This document shows positions 18,801 through 27,686 of a stretch of 64,000 nucleotides of DNA, one piece after another. Under the pieces are notes generated by a model. That model worked only from the letters and a program-made list of their open reading frames with translations, was not told the origin of the DNA and searched no databases. Origin of the DNA: a virus. How positions within the stretch are numbered: the first letter of the stretch is position 1; every line of letters starts with the position of its first letter. The DNA lies in IMG/VR virus record IMGVR_UViG_3300027864_001020, positions 13,642 to 77,641 of that record; one strand, written 5' to 3'. The translations under genes and the position numbers were made by a program.

Positions 18801-21800
18801 TTTCACGCAGTTTATCGTCAATAAAAGCCGAAAATGCTCTTGCTGCCAATTCAATGGTTGAAGAAAAATACGGCTTGCCTCCGCCGTCCAAGTCTAAGGC
18901 GCATTTTTTATATGAAGACGCTTTCTCTCCGCTGTTAATTGATACGGCGTTTCCGTTGGGATTTTTGTCATACCATGCAGTTGTAATCAAAATCCATTCT
19001 TTTTGGTTTCTCGGCGGTAAACCTCTTTTGTAAATTATTTCGAGCGCATTATCAAGGCTTCCTGCGTCTCTGATACTTGTAGCGAACTGTCCCGCCCTGT
19101 CTCCAAAATTGCGTTTCGCCGAATTATAATCGCTTTCCGTGTAACGGACTTTTGTTTTAATAGGTGTATTGCCCTCGACCATTGTTTTAACAAGGTTATT
19201 AAATGCCGCTTTTACTCTCTCGATATGATCTTCATCGGAGCCTTTTTCATGGAATACGACACCTGCCGCTTCCGCTTTCTTTTTTGCCTGTTCGTATTCG
19301 TAAGCTAAATATTTTTTTATATTATCAGATTTACCGGCATATTCAGGAGCTTCAATTTTCACTTTTATGTCATCTGCTAATTTTTTAAGTTTTAACTGTT
19401 TGCTGTTTAATTTTGCGTTCGGATCTGTTAAAAACTTGCTTGTGTTTCCGCCGGTCATTGCGTCTGTTAAGAGATTGTCAAAGGCGTGGAACCATTCATG
19501 CCCTAGATTTCCGCCGCCTCTCATTTTTGTAAGATTTATAACACGCTCTACAGGCTCATAATGCGCCGCTGCCGATCCTTTCCACCCTGCGTTTCCTGAA
19601 CCCCTCGCGCCGATGGCAAGAGCCAATCTGCCGTTTAATGATATTAAATCGTCAGATATGCCTGTCATATCGCCAAGATCGGCAAGCGCCGATGTTATAT
19701 TATCGACATGGAATTTTGCCGATTCAGGATCATTCAATACCCAGTTCCCGGATTGAACATCTCTCAAATTAAACAGATTTTTTAATTCAAGAGTTGATTC
19801 TGCTTTTATTGGTCTACCGCCTTTACGTTCCAATTTTGAAGCGACTTTTAACTCGAATTCTACCCTGCGTTTTTGCCCTCCGCCGGTTGTAACTCTTTCT
19901 TTACCTGCCCATTCCCAGTTATCATGTTTTCCCCTTCGGGCTTCAGAAACATGACTATAAAAAGTTTCTGACCCTCTGCGTGTGCCGTAATTTAATACAC
20001 CTTGAAACTTAGAACCAAGGGAAGTCCATGCCAAGTGTAATGGATTGCTGATAATAATTTCCGCCGCTTTTCTGTCATAAAGTTCTTTCCGTTTCGCTTC
20101 AAGTTCTTTAATTTCGTTATAAAAATAACCGCGCCGTCTCCAACCCGATCCGTTTTTGTCGCTGAAATCCTCATCTTCAAGCCAATTATGTTCCTCTTTG
20201 AATTTCCTTAATCTTTCAATTTTTTCTTGCCTTGATTCTTCTTTAAGTCTCTCGTATTTTGCTTTGGCTTCTGCTGGAAAATCATATTCAGAAATATGTT
20301 TTTTCCGTTTGTCTTTCGCTTTTATTTTATCGACTTCTTGATTATAAAAATCAGCCGCTATTTTATCTAGTTCGGTTTCAATTTGCGTCCGCCAACCCAG
20401 TATTTTACCTTCTTCGGTTATTAATGCTTGCCTCTGTTGATATAATTCGTTTAACTGTTTTGACAATTCTAAAACTTCAGGCGTTTCTCTTGCCGCGATA
20501 AAATCGCCGTTCATTTCCGCCTTGATCTCTTTTATTGTTGATGTTACTTCGTCAACTGTTTTACATAATTCAAGACGCGCCCTTAAACCGTCAATAGCGA
20601 TAGAATAATTATGTCGGCTTTCGGCGTTATCCTCTGCCGGTTCTGCGCCCACTGAAGCGTAAACTCTATCGACCAAAAAAGCAGCACTGCCGGACATTCC
20701 GTTTTCTTTTAATCCGTCCCAGTCCACTTTACCGAAAATATTTGATTTAGTTATAAGTTGTTTTGCTTGTCTCGGATTTTCTTCTATGGCTTGCCAATCT
20801 ATTTCGGTTGTTAAAATATGCTCACCGGCTTTCGCCCTTGACCGTATTTGACTGACCGCCAATTCTTTGCGGCTTCCTGCGATATAACCTGTATCTCTGT
20901 AGCGGTAATCTGCGCTGTTAGGATTCCATGTGGAATCTTCCATTGCCGATGTTCTTTCAAATATTCCTGTAGGCGGCATCCCTGCTTTTTTTCTCGCTTT
21001 TTTCCCATTTTCCTGTTCGGTCTTAACCTGCTTACTCGCTTTTATATCGTCTTTTGAACCGCCTTTATAAGCGTTCTTGTTTCCCTTCATGCCTTCGCTG
21101 CGGTTGCGGTGTTTTTCCTCTTCGGATTTTTCCCTTGACTTTTCATCAATTTTAGGCGATATTGTATGAGGGTGGTTTTGATCTCCCGTCTTTAGGCTGC
21201 CGCCACCGGAGTCCATGTTCGGGGTTGTCTCGGCAGAGGCGTTATCCTGCTTCTTTGAAGCGTGGGCATGACCACTTGTAAGGGTAATATTCTTTTCATA
21301 GAGGATATTACCCTCTTTTATTTTATTTATTACATTATTTAAACCTCTACGGTGTGTTGAGATTGATATTTTTTTTCCTTCTTTTTCTATGACCACAGAA
21401 ATAACAGCTTTTGTTTCTTGATTCTCAATAAAAGACTTTGCATATATTTCAGTATCACCTGATGCAAAGATGGTAATAGGATCTTCTAAAGTTTGCTTAA
21501 TAGCACCTAGAAGTTCTGTACGTTCTTTGGCTTTCAATTTATCAAATTGATGCTCGCCAAGTTTTACCTCGCCAATAGGTGTGTTTATTTTTCCATTTGG
21601 AAATAATTTTTTATAATTATCTTCAGTAAATTCATATTTCTCCATTTCAACAGCCATGCTTTCAAATTTATTTTTTAGCTGTTCTTTTTGCGCATCGGAC
21701 AATATTTGTTTGTCAGGTGTTTTAGCCGCAACCGCTCTATCTTTCTTCGGCTTTGGTTCGGGGTTTAATTTCCCCTGCCGTTCCGAAATATAACGGCTCA

Positions 21801-22170
21801 ATTCCTGCACAAGCGGAATCGGACTACCGTTATTATCGCAAAATCGGTCTCTGTGTAATAATATGAGTTTCATAAGCCCTTCGGCGGAGTTAATAGCTTC
21901 GACTTTTTTTATCAGGTTTTTTATTGATATTTTCGCGCCTCGGCTCTCTTTGTTGTAATGCCTTCGCCATTTACCGTCCGCGCCTTTAATGTATTTTTTA
22001 CCCTTCCATTCCCGGATTGTGCCGGTTGCCATGCCGCCCTTTTCGAGAATTGAGACAATGCTTTTTTCAAGGGTATCTTCTTCTTGCAGGTGTGCGATAA
22101 TTTTCTTTTTTAATTCCTGAAGTCTTTTATCGACACCGTTATTGGATTTTAAGAAAAACAACAGGTTCAT
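15808..22170 (-). CDS. Large polyvalent protein (PBECR-like nuclease, LPD1, DdrB-like ParB domains)
   Basis: 2120 aa; TPIGEVKLGEHQFDKL...TLEDP (PBECR-like); AHYEP..INLTK..GHEWFHAFD and ELAARAF..YPEGEERERI (LPD1); NDRDY..PVVVTTDGIVISGNNR (ParB-like); ~120-aa internal duplication. Confidence 0.75.
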   Translation of the reverse strand: MNLLFFLKSNNGVDKRLQELKKKIIAHLQEEDTLEKSIVSILEKGGMATGTIREWKGKKYIKGADGKWRRHYNKESRGAKISIKNLIKKVEAINSAEGLMKLILLHRDRFCDNNGSPIPLVQELSRYISERQGKLNPEPKPKKDRAVAAKTPDKQILSDAQKEQLKNKFESMAVEMEKYEFTEDNYKKLFPNGKINTPIGEVKLGEHQFDKLKAKERTELLGAIKQTLEDPITIFASGDTEIYAKSFIENQETKAVISVVIEKEGKKISISTHRRGLNNVINKIKEGNILYEKNITLTSGHAHASKKQDNASAETTPNMDSGGGSLKTGDQNHPHTISPKIDEKSREKSEEEKHRNRSEGMKGNKNAYKGGSKDDIKASKQVKTEQENGKKARKKAGMPPTGIFERTSAMEDSTWNPNSADYRYRDTGYIAGSRKELAVSQIRSRAKAGEHILTTEIDWQAIEENPRQAKQLITKSNIFGKVDWDGLKENGMSGSAAFLVDRVYASVGAEPAEDNAESRHNYSIAIDGLRARLELCKTVDEVTSTIKEIKAEMNGDFIAARETPEVLELSKQLNELYQQRQALITEEGKILGWRTQIETELDKIAADFYNQEVDKIKAKDKRKKHISEYDFPAEAKAKYERLKEESRQEKIERLRKFKEEHNWLEDEDFSDKNGSGWRRRGYFYNEIKELEAKRKELYDRKAAEIIISNPLHLAWTSLGSKFQGVLNYGTRRGSETFYSHVSEARRGKHDNWEWAGKERVTTGGGQKRRVEFELKVASKLERKGGRPIKAESTLELKNLFNLRDVQSGNWVLNDPESAKFHVDNITSALADLGDMTGISDDLISLNGRLALAIGARGSGNAGWKGSAAAHYEPVERVINLTKMRGGGNLGHEWFHAFDNLLTDAMTGGNTSKFLTDPNAKLNSKQLKLKKLADDIKVKIEAPEYAGKSDNIKKYLAYEYEQAKKKAEAAGVVFHEKGSDEDHIERVKAAFNNLVKTMVEGNTPIKTKVRYTESDYNSAKRNFGDRAGQFATSIRDAGSLDNALEIIYKRGLPPRNQKEWILITTAWYDKNPNGNAVSINSGEKASSYKKCALDLDGGGKPYFSSTIELAARAFSAFIDDKLRESNRLNDYLAYATTNEFYKDPLFGDQYPYPEGEERERINTAMEQLFRVVKETGAIRKAIMADFVLTLDKSRNGLVPQKKQVQRNGRTYTTTVWVNPNEEKPMDKRLEKIYEEAKKRLESNAEKRKTEAEEVIANMSDKELRSEIDQTGKLYSNLKQTREYLVDMNGNIDEQKALKHAYNEHRAKLMSEQLKAEYERRNTVRLPATDEMLNKIEKEYDFKYGEIYSDKLKNQIRELAKNGTLKIKKTRPQKGQAPYEINGKKVTDSEYYYAEALLVGIEKIQFEASKKGSVMEKSDNKLEVFRKKILDHLESVNDDDDTKELKKSLIVAERTEIKKAGRGLPVGTIRDWKGQKYIKTANGKWKPKYDSHNRGAKMAVSAIKKKITAAKDAHEMMQIILANRDRFSDKDGHPLPFVQELSEFVRNAQIENAGNKFDEDQKKGKAAGKEYKKLEREAERNRKNREKEKIQDSKKQIANEPTRADILKMGKNELQNIVKEKKQSVEIINYARKELNNRAVPVDEDGEFLDEKIKKYREKPEYAFLKIKNKYIDAKSVEGDEDEIQVGKDTVEGKWKLVEADAPTASHDEKTFSKTPGFPANADGSSINDRDYEHFEANKEAVWDAGNDYDGRALQFDNPVVVTTDGIVISGNNRTMSSKIAAKRGTDKAYIEALKKRAKKFGFSESDLSGFKNPRVVFEVEQKGDYSTEQFAKFNEKEGKEQGPTEKAAKVSKMIKMDTIEAVSAKIEEFETIGELYQDVNASRSIFNMFLDAGLIGKNETGRYFENGNLTDDGKTFIETALLGTVINEANLRGFNRPGCKSIRSTLLRALIPLVENKGMTGYSINGELNSAVDVAMQVAINKDKFKSVEEFSLQNNMFESLDPVSVELAKRIEGGQKAFAEFMKTMNGGLKVAANGEADIFLGGVESREDILGRMLNIKALKKALQGLSFVDEKSGERYSVEEALDRLYAGEKLSIGMNGKENESIRKAVSEVLAEMKITA
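21135..21163 (+). promoter_or_regulatory. Possible antisense promoter just after the PBECR-like domain
   Basis: TTGACT-N17-GATATT followed by a stem-rich ~110-nt segment. Confidence 0.4.
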
Positions 22171-25100
22171 ACAGCTTCCCTCTTTATTGTGAATTGTCTG
22201 TCAAGTAAAAAGATTATTTGCGATTTTCCCATTGCTTTCATCTCGGCTTCTTTACGCGCTCTGACATCTTTCATTGGTATAAGGCTTTCATTTACGATTT
22301 TATCAATCTCATTAACCGCTGCCGATACCGCCATTCCCTGCCTTGAATCCGCTTTTATCTGCCTCTCCGCCTCTTTGATAAAATCCTCTTTACTGTTTTT
22401 TATCGTCTCGATTCGCTCTTTATACCGCAGGGCTTCTTGGGATAATTTTTTACTTACGGCTTCAGCTTCGCCTTCGTCTTCGGGATTTTGAACGCCGTAA
22501 CGCTTTAATGAATTGTTAATAGTTTCAACTTTGCCTTTGCAACGGTTTATTGTTTTCTGTTCATCGGCGATTCTGTCTTTTACGGCTTTTAAGTAATTGT
22601 CCCTTAATTCTTTTATATTGCTGCCGCTTACATTGCCATATTCGGTGTAAATTGTCCGGCTCCAACGCTCGTTAAAATCAATCTCATGTTCTTTGATAAT
22701 CTCTTCGTCTGTCATTTTGGTAAACTTTTCGATCTCTTTGCGCCTTGCGTCAATTTCTTTTTGACTGCGCCTCATATCGTCTGTATGCTCTTTACGCTCT
22801 GTCAGTGCGCTTATGATCTTGTTACTGTTCGCTTCGGATATTTTTTTCGATTGTTCCATTTCGGCGGTTTTTTCCTTAATAATCATATCCGCTCTTTTCT
22901 TCGGATCTTTGATTAAAAGGAATTTCAACTCTTCGGCGCTTATGGCTGATATTTCCATTTTGTTACTTTTTGAGTTCCATAATGTATCAAGCCTTGATTT
23001 TTTTTCATCGTGTTTCTGATACATGAAAGAATCAACGCTGTCATTCATTAATGGGATTGTAATATTGACCATGCCTTGCGCGTTGCCCTGCCGGTGTGAA
23101 CGCCCTGCAAGTTGATCTAAATCCGTATTATTCCACGGCAGATCGGTAACTATTGTCTGCGCCGTATTTCCGTTAAGATTGACACCTTCAAGAATCGTAT
23201 CACCAGCGATAATAATTTTACATATATCTTTCGAATCATTAAACCGGGCTTTTCGGACTTCTTTTAATTCATTGCTAGCGTCTGTGTCGCCTGTTAAAAA
23301 CAGGCTTCTGTTTTTTGCGCCATCGGGCGGTGGAGCCATAAAAGTAATTGCGTCTGCCGGAACTCCCTGTGATATTAAATAATTTCTCATTGATTCGTAA
23401 TTATTTATTCCCTGCGGAACATAAACAATCTGCCCGATGTCAGGATGCGCTTTATTAAACTTTGCTACAGCGTCCGCTGTGAATTTCATTTTTGGACTAT
23501 CTGTAACAAAATCATTGCCCTTGACTGTAATTATTCGCTCTTTTATCCCTGCTTTTTTCGCCGCAAGTTTGTCTTTAAATTCAAATCCGTCAACTAAGAC
23601 AGGAGATAACGCCGCTTGTTTTAATTTCATTATGCAGCGCAGGGTTGCGCCGGGGTCTTCTTTCATATCCGGTCCCGCTTCCATGTAAGCCCTGATTTTT
23701 TCCGTTATGTCTCTTTGTTCCGGCGTCATGTTCAGGTATATATGGCGGTCTTCTTTATCCGGTCTGATAATTCCCGCGTCTTCGCCGTCAACTTTCATAA
23801 TGTAACGGTTAAGCAGTCCCTGTAATGCCTGAAGATTCTTAAATCCTTTCATTACGTTTTTCTGCTTAATATCGTTCTTATAATCGGGAGCAAGTTCGGG
23901 TTTTAATTCCGCAAACTGCGCCAAGAATTCATTAAAATTGATTATTCCCATTTTCTCTAATTCTTTACGCGCAACCAGTGAGAGCATATTGTATATTTCA
24001 ACAGGCGAATTTTGAAACGGTGTAGCGGTCAATAAACAAACATTCCGCCCATTGTTTTTTTCCTGTATCATTTGCGCTATTGCGAATAATTTAAGCGCAC
24101 CGATAGCGGGTTTACCACCGCAGGGAATATCCTTGAATTCGTCAGCATCGCCAGATTTTTTTGTTCTCGGCTTTTTGAACGAATTGCGGAAATTATGCGC
24201 TTCATCTGCCACGATATAGTCAAACCCTGTATCTTCCCAGTTTATACTGTTATCGCCTGTTCGTGATGCCTTGCCAACCATTGTCATTATTGATTCTTCT
24301 TCTTTCGCCTCGTTACGCTTCCCCTTTTTGCCTTTACTATTTCCGCCTTCATCTTCCATGACTTTCAGGGCTTCTTTGAATATCTCTTTTAATTCATTGT
24401 TTATTGTACCTTCTTCAAATCCTATCTGTTTCAAGCCCTCATAAGTACAAAGTGATATACTGCCGTCTTCGATGTTCAGTTTGCCGTTTTTATCTTTCCA
24501 TTTCGCAATGTCGCTAAAATTACCAATTTTATTTATTTTGATATTTGGGAATAATTCTTTTATCTCGAATTCCCAGTTATCAATAACAGCTTTAGGAACT
24601 GTAATAATGGGTTTTTTACAGCTTCCCATTTGCATCGCGCTCATTGCTGCCATTATTCCACATATGGTCTTTCCAACACCAACATCGAGCGCTAATATTC
24701 CGTTACCCTGATTTACAAGACGCGATGCGCCTCTTATTTGCGATTCGTTTGCGATAAACTCTTGACCCTTGAATTGTGTTGTAATACCGTCAAGGAACAA
24801 CGGTATTTTATCAATATCAGGCAATACAAAACCTCTGCTTTGCCTGTTGTATGTGTCTTCTAATCTCGTTTGATCTTCGACTTTTAATTGTTCCCGGACA
24901 TACTGCATAAAAAGACGATCCCCGTCTTCGCGCCGTTTTGTTCTCGTTCTGTCCGCTTCCATTGCGGCGGCTTTTTTATCGTCTTCGGATGCGCCTCTTT
25001 TGCTTTCCGCTCTTACGCTCTTTTTGTCTATGTAATCGAGAATATCCCTTTTATTTGTATTTAACGCTAATTGATCTTGCGGAGTATTCCATAACCAATC

Positions 25101-27686
25101 CCTAAACGCTTTGTTAAGACTGACTTCGACCTCTTCGCCGGTATCATCTCCCCATTTGCTTTTTTCAGGTACTTTGACCATGAACTTATCCGCAATATCC
25201 TGTAAGGGATTGATTTCAATATCCATGACAGATAACGGCTTCGGCAAGGCTGATAACAAAAGCGCTTTTTGCCTCTCGTATTCTTTTTTGGATAATGAAT
25301 CTTTAGCTATTTCGAGTTGATCCAATTTATTGTATATATCGCCGCTTGCGAAATTAACAGCATGATACCATAAACCGTCAACGGCTTTTACATAATTGTC
25401 GCTTTTTTCCATGTATTTAACTTGATCGGGTGTGAGTTGTTTTGTGTTTATTGAAAAATCCCAACCGATAGTTTTCCATATCTGCAAGTCTTTCGGATCG
25501 ATTTTCTTGTTATACTTTGCGTTAAATTGCGCTGCGGTGTCTACATTGACCGTACGCTGACCGGCGGCGTTATCGTTACCCATCATGGCTTCGGAACGTG
25601 TTTTTCCGGTGGGTTTTTCGGCGGTGCTTGTTTCGGTTTCCGGCAGTCTATATTTGTTTACTATGGCATTGAGCATAGCCTCTTGGGCTTTCTCTTTTGA
25701 ATTATACTCACCTCTTTTTTCTCCGCCGATTTTACATACCCATAAACCGTTTCCCTGTAGGGCGATATAATAATCCGTTGATTCTGTCGTGCCGGTTTTA
25801 TTGACATGATAAAGGTTTTCACCTGTTCTGCTGATTGTGTGAATATTACCGTCTTTATCGGTTGCCGTAATTTTTACACCTTCAAGCGTGTTTTTCAAGT
25901 CATCAATAAAATCTTTTCGCGCGTTTTGGTTTCCTTTCATTGCTTCAGATCGGCTTTTCCCGCTTTTCGGTTTCTCGACTGAAAAAGTTGTATTATCGAG
26001 TACGCTCTGCTCTTCAGGTTTTATCCCTGTCGGTGTTGCCTCGATTTTACCGGCGTTTATGCCGTCTATCGCTTCATCAAATGTTACGCCGTGTTCAAGA
26101 GCGACATATTTTTCAGTTCCGAATCGCCCTGTCCGGGTTGATTCCGTTCCTACAATCATGTCGGGATTATTTTGAAAATAGGCGTTATCGGATAATTCGG
26201 CGGGATCGCCCTTTTCTTTTCGGATAATTATTATGTCAGTACCTACGCCGGTTGTGTTGAATGTGCCGTTGGGTAACCGCCACGCTTCGAGCAGTTTACC
26301 CTTAGCGGCGATTTTCTTTTTGATTTTATCGTTTCCGCTGCGGAGAAAACCGGAAGGCACTACAAACGCCATTATTCCGCCCTCTCGTAGCGTATCAAGC
26401 CCCCTGTCAATAAAATATTCGTCATACTTTTTATGATCTTCGCCTTCGCCCTTGCCCTTCCATACGCCTTCATAATCGCCATAAGGCGGATTGCCGATTA
26501 CAACATCGTATTTTCTGCCGGCGTATGGCTTACCGGGCTTAAACATTGCCTGAAAAGCGCCCTGTTTGTTTTCAGCTTCGGGGTTTAATATACCGGCAAT
26601 TCGTGAAGATATTACATCGAATTCGTTAAGCGTGAATCGATCCATCGGTCTGTTTTCGGCGAAGCGTCCGGTACCAGCCGACGGTTCAAGAACTGATTTT
26701 GCGCCGGGCATATATTTGTCTACTAATTGCCAAACTTTTGATATTACATTTCGGGGTGTGTAGTATTCGTAAAGCGTTCCATGCGTTGTAGCGTTTTCTT
26801 CGCCAAGACCGCCGGAGCCTTCATATTGGCGGAGTAATTCTTTATCCGCCTCTGTCATTTCATTATCTGATTTATTTTTGAGAAGTTCTAAACATTTCTC
26901 TCTGATTTTTAAGGTTTCTTTTTTGGTTAGGCGAATTGACCTGCCAGATCGCTCTCCAAGTTCACTAGGCAACTGTACATCATCGCCGCTGTTATCGGGC
27001 GTTCCTTGTACTGTTTCACTGCCATTTTTGCCGCCATTTCCTTGATTTTGTCCGGGCTGTACCGTTGTAGTATGTTGGGAAACTTGTCTTCCTGTAACAC
27101 CAATTCTATCGCCGGTTGTTCCTTCATTGTTTGCCTCCTGTCCGTTATATATTCCCCATATTTTACGCATCAGGCTTCTGTTGACTGTAATTTTATTATC
27201 GTTCTTTTTTGCTGTCTTGTCAACAGGTTTCTTGCCCTTGCCGCTGTCTGTAGGCGGTGATTTTCGGGGTGTCTTATGGATTTCGCTGTTTTCCTTGTTA
27301 CCGAAAAAATTATCCCATTTTAATTTATTTGATAGATATTCAAGAACGTGCGCCATAAAAGTCTTTTTATCCGCGCCGTAATCTTTTTGAATATTGTTTT
27401 TTGAATAGGTGTCGTCAATGACTTTCGACTGTAATCCGAAAATCTGTTTTAAGGCTTGTAACGGCTTTTTAAATGTTTCCGCATAAATATACCAATAGCC
27501 TTTACCGCTCTTTTTTGGAACGCGCCGGATATATTTATGATTAAGGGCTTTCTCTATTCCGTCCCAGTCATCGGAAGATTCGCCGAAAGATTTAATCAAA
27601 TCGGGAAAAATAGTGTGTTCGTCAATCACAATATTCTTACTGCCCATTCCTCGAACATCTAAAACAAAATCAACCTGCTTATTCAT
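22167..27686 (-). CDS. DarB-like N6-adenine methyltransferase / SNF2 helicase fusion
   Basis: 1839 aa; VLEPSAGTGRF and IGNPPY (MTase); LDVGVGKT, DEAH, TATP, QLAGRSHRQG (SF2 helicase). Confidence 0.85.
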   Translation of the reverse strand: MNKQVDFVLDVRGMGSKNIVIDEHTIFPDLIKSFGESSDDWDGIEKALNHKYIRRVPKKSGKGYWYIYAETFKKPLQALKQIFGLQSKVIDDTYSKNNIQKDYGADKKTFMAHVLEYLSNKLKWDNFFGNKENSEIHKTPRKSPPTDSGKGKKPVDKTAKKNDNKITVNRSLMRKIWGIYNGQEANNEGTTGDRIGVTGRQVSQHTTTVQPGQNQGNGGKNGSETVQGTPDNSGDDVQLPSELGERSGRSIRLTKKETLKIREKCLELLKNKSDNEMTEADKELLRQYEGSGGLGEENATTHGTLYEYYTPRNVISKVWQLVDKYMPGAKSVLEPSAGTGRFAENRPMDRFTLNEFDVISSRIAGILNPEAENKQGAFQAMFKPGKPYAGRKYDVVIGNPPYGDYEGVWKGKGEGEDHKKYDEYFIDRGLDTLREGGIMAFVVPSGFLRSGNDKIKKKIAAKGKLLEAWRLPNGTFNTTGVGTDIIIIRKEKGDPAELSDNAYFQNNPDMIVGTESTRTGRFGTEKYVALEHGVTFDEAIDGINAGKIEATPTGIKPEEQSVLDNTTFSVEKPKSGKSRSEAMKGNQNARKDFIDDLKNTLEGVKITATDKDGNIHTISRTGENLYHVNKTGTTESTDYYIALQGNGLWVCKIGGEKRGEYNSKEKAQEAMLNAIVNKYRLPETETSTAEKPTGKTRSEAMMGNDNAAGQRTVNVDTAAQFNAKYNKKIDPKDLQIWKTIGWDFSINTKQLTPDQVKYMEKSDNYVKAVDGLWYHAVNFASGDIYNKLDQLEIAKDSLSKKEYERQKALLLSALPKPLSVMDIEINPLQDIADKFMVKVPEKSKWGDDTGEEVEVSLNKAFRDWLWNTPQDQLALNTNKRDILDYIDKKSVRAESKRGASEDDKKAAAMEADRTRTKRREDGDRLFMQYVREQLKVEDQTRLEDTYNRQSRGFVLPDIDKIPLFLDGITTQFKGQEFIANESQIRGASRLVNQGNGILALDVGVGKTICGIMAAMSAMQMGSCKKPIITVPKAVIDNWEFEIKELFPNIKINKIGNFSDIAKWKDKNGKLNIEDGSISLCTYEGLKQIGFEEGTINNELKEIFKEALKVMEDEGGNSKGKKGKRNEAKEEESIMTMVGKASRTGDNSINWEDTGFDYIVADEAHNFRNSFKKPRTKKSGDADEFKDIPCGGKPAIGALKLFAIAQMIQEKNNGRNVCLLTATPFQNSPVEIYNMLSLVARKELEKMGIINFNEFLAQFAELKPELAPDYKNDIKQKNVMKGFKNLQALQGLLNRYIMKVDGEDAGIIRPDKEDRHIYLNMTPEQRDITEKIRAYMEAGPDMKEDPGATLRCIMKLKQAALSPVLVDGFEFKDKLAAKKAGIKERIITVKGNDFVTDSPKMKFTADAVAKFNKAHPDIGQIVYVPQGINNYESMRNYLISQGVPADAITFMAPPPDGAKNRSLFLTGDTDASNELKEVRKARFNDSKDICKIIIAGDTILEGVNLNGNTAQTIVTDLPWNNTDLDQLAGRSHRQGNAQGMVNITIPLMNDSVDSFMYQKHDEKKSRLDTLWNSKSNKMEISAISAEELKFLLIKDPKKRADMIIKEKTAEMEQSKKISEANSNKIISALTERKEHTDDMRRSQKEIDARRKEIEKFTKMTDEEIIKEHEIDFNERWSRTIYTEYGNVSGSNIKELRDNYLKAVKDRIADEQKTINRCKGKVETINNSLKRYGVQNPEDEGEAEAVSKKLSQEALRYKERIETIKNSKEDFIKEAERQIKADSRQGMAVSAAVNEIDKIVNESLIPMKDVRARKEAEMKAMGKSQIIFLLDRQFTIKREAV

